This document shows, piece after piece, positions 24,218 through 33,724 of a stretch of DNA of 64,000 nt; the first letter of the stretch is position 1, and each line of letters opens with the position of its first letter. This stretch comes from Squalus acanthias. Lineage: Eukaryota. A program made the position numbers and the translations under genes. Location: contig CM059433.1 of assembly GCA_030390025.1 (NCBI GenBank), forward strand, positions 15,874,001 to 15,938,000, read 5' to 3'. Below the pieces are notes generated by a model that ran no database searches, was not told the origin of the DNA, and saw only the letters and a program-made list of their open reading frames with translations.

Positions 24218-25765
24218 ATGGCTAGCAAAGAGGATAAGGAACCCTGGGGAGACCCAGAGTCTGTAACACGATATGTTTACGACAAGAATAAAAAATTAAT
24301 TGAGAAAATGAGAAAGGCAGGGTGGAACCAGGACGATAAACCAGACACACAAAGGGACTGGTGGAGGAAACAAACCAAAAATAAATTGGAGAAAGCGTGC
24401 ATTATCGTAGCGGCACGATACGATCGGGAACGTATGCTCCAGCGCGGAGCCCTTAAAACATATCCAGCAGCTGCAGCCAACCCAAAACCGGGTAACTCCC
24501 AGGAAAGGTTATACCCGGAGCTGCCCCAGGGGGGGCCGACTGGCTGTCCTCCCCCATATACAGGACACCAGTCGGCAGCCCCGGAGCCTGTTCCGATGGC
24601 ACCAGTGACACTGCAATATAGGCCAGCAATCCCCGCGGTTCCGGAAATTCCGGCGGCAGGGGGGAATCCGGCCGTCCCGGCAGTACCGGGCAGGCCGGCC
24701 ACCACAACGTTGACCTACACACCGTTAAGCCTGCAGGATCGGGTGATTCTCCTCAATGAATTACCAGCCTTAAAACACCGCCAGAATAATCAGACATTCT
24801 GGCACAAACTGCGCGAAGTACGCATAAACCATGCCCTACATAGTATAGATATCGATCAATTGGTGCGAGCTAAATGTCCCGAGGAACAGTGGAGATTAGT
24901 GCAGGGCAACCACGGAAATGGCCAGTGGGCCACAAATACAGGACAGACAATCCAACAATTAAACACTGAGTTCGACCAATTCAAGGCCGCTGTGGAAGCA
25001 GCAATGGGACAGGCCCCCGTAAATTGGGCAGCTATAAGCGGAATCACACAAGAAAAGGGAGAAAGCGCTATCGATTATGGAAAACGAAAGTGGTCCGCCT
25101 TTGAGGGTAACTGTGGGATCCCAGGCCCCTTAAACAAAAACAACGCTTGTTTTCTGCAAACATTTAAACAGGGACTAAGTCCAATGCACCAGAATGCAAT
25201 AAAAATGGGGCTAGTGGTCCACCATAATTGGGAGGACTTAATACAGTGGGCGTGCGAAGTAGATAATCAGGTCCAAGAACAAGCCAAACCTAAAATGGCT
25301 GCCCTAAGGACGGATAGCGACAATGAGGATGCATTAAGTGTGGCGGCATGCTTCGGTTGCGGACAGGAGGGCCACATGAAAAGGGATTGCCCGAGGCAAC
25401 AGAACAAAGGGGATAATCAGACATCTCAGCAAAAGGCTTCCTGTCATAATTGTGGAAAACCAGGGCATAGGAAACAACAATGTTGGAATAAAGGAGGAGG
25501 AAGGGAAGGTCAGGGACCTAGACAGGGAGGAAAACCGGGGTCAAGTATTGGAAGGTCAGAGAATAACGAGGAAAGCATGGCGAAACTGATCAGGAAGGGA
25601 ATGCAAGACTGGGAGGATGACAGAGAAAGAGAAGAAAGGAAGAGGAGAAAGAGTAGGAAGTATAAGAGAGATGATTCCTCAGACACCTCCGACGAGGAAG
25701 ACATAGTGGAGCTGACAAGGAAAATGGAAAAACTGGTCAAACAGATAAAAAAAGGCAACGCCTGA
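24218..25765 (+). CDS. gag: Gag polyprotein (515 aa)
   Basis: Late-domain-like LYPEL and PPPY, MHR-like ITQEKGESAIDYGKR, two CX2CX4HX4C knuckles (CFGCGQEGHMKRDC, CHNCGKPGHRKQQC). No internal stops. Confidence 0.93.
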   Translation: MASKEDKEPWGDPESVTRYVYDKNKKLIEKMRKAGWNQDDKPDTQRDWWRKQTKNKLEKACIIVAARYDRERMLQRGALKTYPAAAANPKPGNSQERLYPELPQGGPTGCPPPYTGHQSAAPEPVPMAPVTLQYRPAIPAVPEIPAAGGNPAVPAVPGRPATTTLTYTPLSLQDRVILLNELPALKHRQNNQTFWHKLREVRINHALHSIDIDQLVRAKCPEEQWRLVQGNHGNGQWATNTGQTIQQLNTEFDQFKAAVEAAMGQAPVNWAAISGITQEKGESAIDYGKRKWSAFEGNCGIPGPLNKNNACFLQTFKQGLSPMHQNAIKMGLVVHHNWEDLIQWACEVDNQVQEQAKPKMAALRTDSDNEDALSVAACFGCGQEGHMKRDCPRQQNKGDNQTSQQKASCHNCGKPGHRKQQCWNKGGGREGQGPRQGGKPGSSIGRSENNEESMAKLIRKGMQDWEDDREREERKRRKSRKYKRDDSSDTSDEEDIVELTRKMEKLVKQIKKGNA

Positions 25766-25807
25766 AAGGTAGCGGCCCTCGGAGACCCGGTAAAGGGAGA
25801 CCCTAGA

Positions 25808-28800
25808 ATGTTTATTGAGGCACTGGTAGGGGGCCGACAGTGCAGAATGCTCATAGACACCGGGGCAGCAATATCTCTAACAAACGTACCCTTGCCGCGA
25901 ACCAAGGAAAATATTTTTATATCTGGGATAGGGGGAGTAAAAATTAAAGCATGGAAAAGTGAGACAGTATTACTAGAATTGGGAAAAATCATTATACCTA
26001 CATGTTTCTGGATCTGTGAGAATACTGAGGGAACCATCCTGGGTATAGACATACTAAGGGAAGTGGGAGTTTTAATAGACCCCAAACAGGATAAGTTGCT
26101 ATGGCCCGATAACCACAAGGAAGGGAGACATAACTCAAAGGGATCCAAGACAGCATGTGCCATCAGCGCTATCCAAATAATAGACCCCAAATGGGACGAA
26201 AAGGGAGGGTGGGGGGCAATTTGCCACCGATTCCCCGAACTATGGGCCAAACACAAGCAGGACTGCGGACTGGTTAAGATGAACCCAGTCAGAGTCCCCG
26301 GGCCAACCCACCGACCCCATAAACAATATCCCCTAAAAGTGGAGGCCCAGACAGCCGTACGGAGTATAGTATTGGAACTCGTGAAACAGGGAATTCTGCG
26401 AGAAACAGTGTCCGGCACTAACTCTCCAGTATGGCCCGTAAAGAAACCTGATGCGTCATATCGACTTACAATCGATTACACAGCCTTAAATAAAGTGACC
26501 CCAAAGGAATATCCAATTGTAGCAAGCCCAGCTACTATCTTTAACGGTTTAAAACCAGAACACAAAATATTCACCGTGTTAGACATCGCAAACGGGTTCT
26601 GGTCCATTCCCCTGCATGAGGAATCACAGGAAAAGTTCGCCTTTACAATAGGCGGCAAACAGTATACATGGACACGGGTCCCACAAGGATTCCATAACAG
26701 TCCAGCCATTTTTCACCGCCATATGGCCAGAGCTCTTGAAGACCTAGACTTAGAGGGTGAAAATAGTACCCTCTTACAATACGTGGATGACCTCCTAATA
26801 GCGTCAGAAACGAAAGTGGGACATAAGGGGGCCCTGGTAAAGGTCTTTTCAACCCTACGGGAGGCGGGTTTTAAAGCAAACCCAGCCAAAGCCCAGGTAG
26901 GAAAATTGGAAGTCACATACCTCGGGTATAGGGTCAGTATGGGAAAAAGGGCTATGCCAGAGGAAAGGAAGGAGGCAATCAGCCAAATGCCAAGGCCCAT
27001 AAACGTGAGAGGAGTACGACAGGTACTCGGTCTCTTTAACTTTAGCCGGAACTTTATAGAAGGCTTCTCACACATGGCCGCGCCTCTGTATGAATTAACA
27101 AAGGGGGGTAGGGCAGCAGGAGAACCCATCGGGTGGACATCCACTCAGGAAGAAGCATTTACCAAACTTAAACAAGCCCTGACCGCCGCCCCCGCGTTAG
27201 GATTACCTGATCAAGAGAGACCCTATCACATATTCTGTCACAATCATGATGGACACTATAGCGCCGTAGTAGCCCAGGAGCACGGAGGAAACATGAGATC
27301 GGTGGCCTACTATTCCACTAGACGATCCCCCATCGTGGCAGGTATGCCCCGCTGCGTGGCCGCTATAGACTGTGCCAGATGGTCAGTACAGGTCAGTGAA
27401 CCGATTATAATGACCGGAGATATTGTACTACACACCCAGCACACCCTGGTAGAATTACTTAATACGGGACGACTGAAGTCTGTCTCAAATGCTCGACGAG
27501 CAGCCTGGGAGGCGGTACTATTACCCAAAGACAAGTCAATACAGATAGTCAGGGATATGGGGCAGAACCCAGCCTCCATGATGATCATGGAAGGAGAGGA
27601 CCACCAATGCATGAATGAGGAAGAGCCAGAAAATGACCTAGACAAAATAAAAGAAATACCCTTGGCCGAAGCGGACTTGGAGTTATATGTAGATGGATCC
27701 CGAAAATATGTACAGGGAAAGCCGAGGACAGGCTGGGCGGTGGTAAATGGGGAAGGGATGGTGTTACAAGCCGGAACTCTCCCAGGGGATAAATCTGCCC
27801 AGGTCGCAGAACTAACAGCCTTAACGGAAGCCCTGAAACTGGCTATGGGAAAAAGGGTTAATGTATATACCGACAGCCGCTACGCCTTCGGAATAGTACA
27901 TGATTATATGGCCGCATGGAGTAGGAGGGGGTACATCACCTCTGGGGGAGCCCCCATCCAACACCTGGACGTAGTAAAGTCCTTGGTGAATGCCGCGCGC
28001 GGACCAACGGAGTTAGCAGTAATAAAGGTTAAAGCGCACACCAAAGGAAAAACTCCACAAGAACAAGGTAACAGAGCGGCAGACCTGGCCGCCAAGGTTA
28101 TGACGGAGGCGCCCTGTGGCAATGTAACACCGATAGGGGGAGCCCCAGTCCCATTAATACCCCTTGAGTATAATATTGTTAAGTTACATCAAGGCATACC
28201 AGAACCTGAGCTGAACATTTGGGAAAAGAAGGGAGTAATGCTATCCAGAGATAAGGTCTGGAGGAAGGAGGGACGGGTCTGTGCACCGGAGTGTATCCAA
28301 CAGGAACTAATGAGGTTGTATCACGGACAAGCCCATACAGGGGCCAGCCGAATGATAAATAACATAGGCCAATGCTGGTGGTGGCCCGGACTATCAAGCA
28401 GTATAAGGAAGTATTGTAAGGATTGCCACATTTGTGCGCAATGTAACACCGGAAAACCAGTAAAGGTAAAATGGGGTAGACAGCCAAGACCCAAGGGACC
28501 CTGGGAGAAACTACAAATAGACTTTACAGGACCATTAACCAAAAGCAAAGGAAAAACCTACTGTCTGGTAATAATTGACCAATTCACAAGGTGGGTGGAA
28601 GCTTTTGCCACCCGAAACTGTACCGCCAGTACAGTGGCCCGGATCTTGGCAGAAGAAATAATACCCCGGTGGGGAGTCCCATTACAAATAGATTCAGATA
28701 ATGGAACACACTTTACCGGAAAGGTAATGAAAGAGGCTTGCGCCCTGTTGGGCGTAAAGCAGAAATTTCATATACCTTACCATCCCGAAAGTTCAGGAAT

Positions 28801-29329
28801 GGTGGAACGAATGAATCGGACCTTAAAACGATCTCTCACAAAGGCCATTGTGGAGACGGGGCAGGGATGGGCGGAACTGTTACCCACAATCCTAATGAGA
28901 CTAAGGGCCACACCAAATAGCACCACCGGACTGACCCCTTTTGAATTAATGACGGGACGGGCAATGGCGCTTCCCGAAGGAGTAGTGACCGGAGGGGAAG
29001 ATGTGGGACCTTTAAAGGACAGAATCAGAAGGTTCATAAAGCAATTATGTGCGGAACTGCACGGGCTGAGACAGGAGGCTAGAGACCAGCAGATAATCAA
29101 GGATCTGGAGAGGGATACCGAGGAACAAAAGAAAGTCATACCTGGGGTGGGAAGTCAGGTAATGTCTAGAATAATTCCAATAAAACCTGGGTTACGGCCC
29201 CGGTGGGAAGGACCCTATTTGGTATTAATGACCAGCGACACTTGTGCATGCATAGACCTGCACGGCACTGGAAAGGGAAGATGGAAACACTGGACACAAT
29301 TAAAATTATACAAAGAAGCTGATGAATAA
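25808..29329 (+). CDS. pol: Pol polyprotein: protease, RT, tether, RNase H, integrase (frame open from 25766, in frame with gag)
   Basis: PR LIDTGA/ILGIDIL; RT LDIANGFW, PQGFHNSP, YVDD; RNase H YVDGS, AQVAEL, YTDSRY, GNRAAD; IN HGQAH..CHIC, QIDF/DSDNG/VERMN and GPY motif. Confidence 0.96.
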   Translation: MFIEALVGGRQCRMLIDTGAAISLTNVPLPRTKENIFISGIGGVKIKAWKSETVLLELGKIIIPTCFWICENTEGTILGIDILREVGVLIDPKQDKLLWPDNHKEGRHNSKGSKTACAISAIQIIDPKWDEKGGWGAICHRFPELWAKHKQDCGLVKMNPVRVPGPTHRPHKQYPLKVEAQTAVRSIVLELVKQGILRETVSGTNSPVWPVKKPDASYRLTIDYTALNKVTPKEYPIVASPATIFNGLKPEHKIFTVLDIANGFWSIPLHEESQEKFAFTIGGKQYTWTRVPQGFHNSPAIFHRHMARALEDLDLEGENSTLLQYVDDLLIASETKVGHKGALVKVFSTLREAGFKANPAKAQVGKLEVTYLGYRVSMGKRAMPEERKEAISQMPRPINVRGVRQVLGLFNFSRNFIEGFSHMAAPLYELTKGGRAAGEPIGWTSTQEEAFTKLKQALTAAPALGLPDQERPYHIFCHNHDGHYSAVVAQEHGGNMRSVAYYSTRRSPIVAGMPRCVAAIDCARWSVQVSEPIIMTGDIVLHTQHTLVELLNTGRLKSVSNARRAAWEAVLLPKDKSIQIVRDMGQNPASMMIMEGEDHQCMNEEEPENDLDKIKEIPLAEADLELYVDGSRKYVQGKPRTGWAVVNGEGMVLQAGTLPGDKSAQVAELTALTEALKLAMGKRVNVYTDSRYAFGIVHDYMAAWSRRGYITSGGAPIQHLDVVKSLVNAARGPTELAVIKVKAHTKGKTPQEQGNRAADLAAKVMTEAPCGNVTPIGGAPVPLIPLEYNIVKLHQGIPEPELNIWEKKGVMLSRDKVWRKEGRVCAPECIQQELMRLYHGQAHTGASRMINNIGQCWWWPGLSSSIRKYCKDCHICAQCNTGKPVKVKWGRQPRPKGPWEKLQIDFTGPLTKSKGKTYCLVIIDQFTRWVEAFATRNCTASTVARILAEEIIPRWGVPLQIDSDNGTHFTGKVMKEACALLGVKQKFHIPYHPESSGMVERMNRTLKRSLTKAIVETGQGWAELLPTILMRLRATPNSTTGLTPFELMTGRAMALPEGVVTGGEDVGPLKDRIRRFIKQLCAELHGLRQEARDQQIIKDLERDTEEQKKVIPGVGSQVMSRIIPIKPGLRPRWEGPYLVLMTSDTCACIDLHGTGKGRWKHWTQLKLYKEADE

Positions 29330-29758
29330 CCCAGAAATCATATTGTACAAGGAAAGCAAGGATTATTTGCATAGGGTCCAAAGGGACAGGACATCCTTGT
29401 ATTCGCGTTAATATGATCCTGTTGCATTATGATAGTAACATTCTTCGTGGTCTGTATGTTTCAATAGATCTGGGAGACTGGCAAAGTAGTAAGAATGGAA
29501 TAACTAACTGCTGGTGACGACCAGCCTTGTATTTCCACAGGACAAATTAGAAGAACGACGGAAGAAGGGACGGCTGACAAAAAGGAAGATAATCAAGTAT
29601 CTGCTTATATATGGCCTATATAACACCGGAAATGATATTTTGGTGATTGGGGGTCAGGATGGTCGGGGACGTTGGGCGCCTCAGTGGTGCAAAGCATAAT
29701 GATATTCCTCGTGATTGTTATTACAATATACTGTGTATTCTTGCTGCTCAAAGATTAG
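29326..29758 (+). pseudogene. env: Probable deleted and decayed env remnant
   Basis: Short reading frames at the env position. One ends in a Trp-rich segment plus a hydrophobic helix (YFGDWGSGWSGTLGASVVQSIMIFLVIVITIYCVFLLLKD*, 29636-29758). Another has a basic RLTKRK followed by an apolar stretch. Confidence 0.5.
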
Positions 29759-30194
29759 GTAAAGCCATGATGGTGTAAGACCCGATCTATAGCCCTAAAA
29801 TTACAAGGGATGAATTGGACATGGTAATTAATAACCAGGCCGGCCAACCGTAAGACGGGAGTGGCAGAAACAGGATTGGTGAGTGATGACAGTCTCGAAA
29901 GGACACGTCACGCACCCACCGAGGGAATGGAGGACGAGCTCGAACCAGAAGCTCGAACCAGAAGCCCAAACCATTGATGCAGGGCTCTTGGGCCCCGGGG
30001 ATGGCAACATAGAACCAAGACAAGAAAATAATAAGTCCACATATACCGCGTGGGGTGAAACCGGCTTATAAATTGGTTTATGTCATACCCATGTATAACC
30101 TAGACTGGTAGAAGGCCAGAGAGTGCACGCTCAGGCAGACACCAGGCAATAGGAATACATGTTGACCTGTATTGGAACAGTTGTCCAATAGGTC

Positions 30195-30206
30195 AAAAGG
30201 GGGGAA
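30195..30206 (+). promoter_or_regulatory. Polypurine tract
   Basis: AAAAGGGGGGAA ending 1 nt before the 3' LTR. Confidence 0.9.
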
Positions 30207-30207
30207 T

Positions 30208-30723
30208 TGAAGTAAGATATTAAAAATTGGATATAACCAGGGCAATTCGGGCATGACTCATTTGCAGAAAGCCAGGCCTTTAACGAGATTTGTTTCAAGT
30301 CACACAACACCTTACAAGCTTTCGGAGTCTACCTCCTTCAACGAGATTTACAGATAGCATTGTATGTAACTTTTACAGCCACCCTCGGATAACGAGATCC
30401 CCATAAGGCGAGACAGAAATGTTTGCTAACCAAGTAACTTTTAAACCTAATTGGATCTCTGTAAAGGCAAGACAGAAATATTTGTAAAACGAGTAATGTG
30501 TTTTTAGACCTAGCATTGTGTGTAACTTTTAAACCTGATTGGATATAAATATGTGTGTTTTCATTAGCTCGGTGGAGTTGTACTCATGTAAGCGACATGA
30601 GAGGTTCTCCCCAGGCCTGTAATAAACCGTTGTGACTTCAATTACTTGGTCAGTCTTTCTTCCAACAAGCCAGTAGCGTCGACCCTGTATATCACTGGGT
30701 CCGCACTTTGGGAGCTTACATCA
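30208..30723 (+). repeat. 3' LTR
   Basis: 516-bp direct repeat of 23078-23593, followed by the TCCAG TSD. Confidence 0.97.
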
Positions 30724-30844
30724 TCCAGTTATTTATTTTCCCCTAACAGCTACGTTCATGATCATCAAGTTTTGCTTTGTTACGGTAGAACACAAAACAG
30801 AAAGAAGGTGGTTAATTGTAAAATTGCAAAGTTTAAAAAAAATA

Positions 30845-31510
30845 TATTTATTCGTTCATGGGATGTGGGCGTCGCTAGCGAGGCCAGCATTTATTGCCCA
30901 TCCCTAGTTGCCCTTGAGAAGGTGGTGGTGAGCCGCCTTCTTGAACTGCTGCAGTCCGTGTGGTATAGGTACTGTTAGGGAGGGAGTTCCAGGATTTTGA
31001 CCCAGCGACGATGAAGGATCGTTGATATACTTCCAAGTCAGGATGATGTGTGACTTGTAGGGGAACTTGGAGGTGCTGGTGCACCCATGTGCCTGCGGCC
31101 CTTGTCCTTCTAGGTGGTAGAGGTCGCGGGTTTGGGAGGTACTGCCGAAGAAGCCGTGGCAAGTTGCTGCAGTGCATCTTGTAGATGGTACACACAGCAG
31201 CCACGGTATGCCGGTGGGGGAGGGAGTGAATGTTTAAGGTGGTGGATGGGGTGCCAATCAAGCGGGTTGCTTTGTCCAGGATGGTGTCGAGCTTCTTGAG
31301 TGTTGTTGGAGCTGCACTCATCCAGGCAAGTGGAGTGTATTCCATCACACTCCTGAGTTGTGCCTCGTAGATGGTGGAAAGGCTTTGGGGAGTCAGGAGG
31401 TGAGACACTCGCCACAGAATGCCCAGCTTCTGACCTGCTCTTGTTGCCACAGTATTTATGTGGCTGGTCCAGTTAAGTTTCTAGTCAATGGTGAACCACA
31501 GGATGTTATT
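30845..31510 (-). mobile_element. LINE family A 3' fragment
   Basis: RSVMEYTPLAWMSAAPTTLKKLD peptide and the same tail as 4600-4690. Confidence 0.85.
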
Positions 31511-32315
31511 GATCACTCAATGTAGATTACATTTAGAGTATTAAATATACCCTTTAAATTCAAAAGAGAGATTCCTTGGGGGAAAGAGCAGGGGGAGTGG
31601 GACTAATTGGCATTTTTTTTATTCGTTCATGGGATGTGGGCATCACTGGCAAGGCCAGTATTTATTGCCCATCCCTAATTGCCCTCGAGAAGGTGGTGGT
31701 GAGCCGTCGCCTTGAACTGCTGCAGTCCGTGTGGTGAAGGTACTCTCACAGTGCTGTTAGGTAGGGAGTTCCAGGATTTAGATCCAGCGACAATGAAGGA
31801 TCGGCGATATACTTCTAAGTCAGGATGGTGTGTGACTTGGAGGGGAACTTGGAGGTGGTGGTGTTCCCATGCGCCTGCTGCCCTTGTCCTTCTAGGTGGA
31901 AGAAGTTGGCGGGTTTGGGAGGTGCTGCCGAAGAAACCTTGGCGAGTTGCTGCAGTGCATCTTGTAGATGGTACACACTGCAGCCACGATACGCCTGTGG
32001 TGGACGGAGTGAATGTTTAAGGTGGTAGATGGGGTGCCAATCAAGCGGGCTGCTTTGTCCTGGATGGTGTCGAGCTTCTTGAGTGTTGTTGGAGCTGCAC
32101 TTATCCAGGCAAGTGGAGAGTATTCCATCACACTCCTTATTTGTGCCTTGTAGATGGTAGAAAGACTTTGGGGAGTCAGGAAGTGAGACACTCGCCGCAG
32201 AATACCTAGCCTGTGACCTGCTCTTGTTGCCACAGTATTTATGTGGCTGGTCCAGTTAAGTTTCTGGTCAATGGTGACCCCCAGGATGTTGATGGTGGGG
32301 GATGCGGCGATGGTA

Positions 32316-33724
32316 TGTAAAGGAATAGCCATATTTCAGAAAAATACACCATCCTATGAACAGAATTCTGACTTTATTAAAACATGATTAACTGGATTTA
32401 AAAATCTAAAAAGCCTCAAAGACACAAAGCTGTGAATGCAGGCTTCTGAGATAAGATGGTTTGTTAACACAAAGCTGGAAACTTTGAAGAAGCAAAGAGT
32501 TGCTTCCAGAAAGTCTGAGTTTTCAAGAAACACAATACAAATACCCAGTTTAAAGTGTTATAAACTAACACTTCGAACAGAAACACAGAATATTAAAGAA
32601 ACATGTGCCTTTGTAAAGGTAACATCAAATGAAAGACAGGAAACATAAGTTTGAAATACAACCAATTGAGATGGCAAGGGAAACAATCAAGTACTCGGTT
32701 GAAGTGTTTTTGATTTACATATAGTAAAAGGTACAAACAGAAGACTTTGTAAATATTAAATCAATAGATGCACCAAGCAATCACATGGTTTTTGAATTGA
32801 ACTCGGAACAGTTAGGAGACACTAAGTCTGCTTTCAACCAGATAAGGTGGTTTAAGAATTGAATGGAAGACCTTCGTAAGAATGGCATCAAATAGATACA
32901 TATGTTATAACCATTTTTTATGATAAAATTTGAACACCTAAACAGCAGACAGGATTCTGAAAGTTAACAGCTGAACTGACAGTAAGATTAGAAATAAGTC
33001 AACAGAAAGAATGACTGGAGATAATTAGCTTACATCAGTAGAAAACTTCAAAGAATATACCACTGCAAAAAGAGTATAAAATATGGAGCTTTCAGATAGG
33101 AAGTCAGAAGTCACTGAACGGGGCAAGCGATTCTCTCACTCTTCAGAGGCAGGCTCTGTAAGTTTTTAACCCTTTGAGTCTCGGGGATCAAGAGGTACAT
33201 TTATTTGATTTTGGTGGATATTCTGGATTAGAAATAAGTAGAAATGTAAAAATGTAACGAAGTTAAGATTTGAGAATAAGGATCTCTGAGATAAGAATTG
33301 CAAGCTATTTGTTTTTGAACTGTTAATGTTGCGACTGAAACACCAACTGTTAACTACATGTCGCTTCTTTAATAAATCTATATTTTTTTAGAATTGTCTC
33401 ACATAGTATTTCTGTATCAAACTCGCGAACTCAATCTCTGTACACTCTTTGGTGAGGAGTTGCAGAGTTCTGGGGGGGTTTTCCGGACCCTCATAATAAC
33501 CGGAAGGTTACAGTCTAGTTAAACTTATTAAAAGTGCTATCTGGAGGATGGTAACATCTTCAAGTCAATCCTTTCCTTTAGAGAGAGATAGCCTGGACCT
33601 TTACACCCAATTAAGTGTCTTATAGAATTCGGCTTTCTCTACCTTTAGTTGAAGGTGAACGTCTGGGGAATACGCCTGATCCGGGGTAGCCTGAAAACAG
33701 CTAGGACGAGTAATTATCCCTTCA
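32316..33724 (+). mobile_element. Solo LTR, family B copy 1 (1409 bp)
   Basis: TGTAAAGGAAT...ATCCCTTCA termini, GGTA TSD (32312-32315/33725-33728), TATA-like GTATAAAA near 33074, AATAAA near 33371. It splits the LINE. Confidence 0.82.

Larger units (their letters stand above)
23078..30723 (+). mobile_element. Full-length endogenous retrovirus / LTR retroelement (7646 bp), gag-pol intact, env decayed
   Basis: Two 516-bp TG...CA LTRs, TSD TCCAG (23073-23077/30724-30728), PBS, PPT, gag, and retroviral-order pol with tether plus RNase H. Confidence 0.97.

Noticed and set aside
25745..25756. -1 frameshift slippery site (A-run) at the gag end
   Set aside because: Pol is already in the gag frame, so a shift would not produce Gag-Pol.
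25510..26418. 302-aa antisense ORF over the gag/pol junction
   Set aside because: It has no recognisable domain and a low-complexity F/L/S composition mirroring the purine-rich sense strand. There is no independent support.
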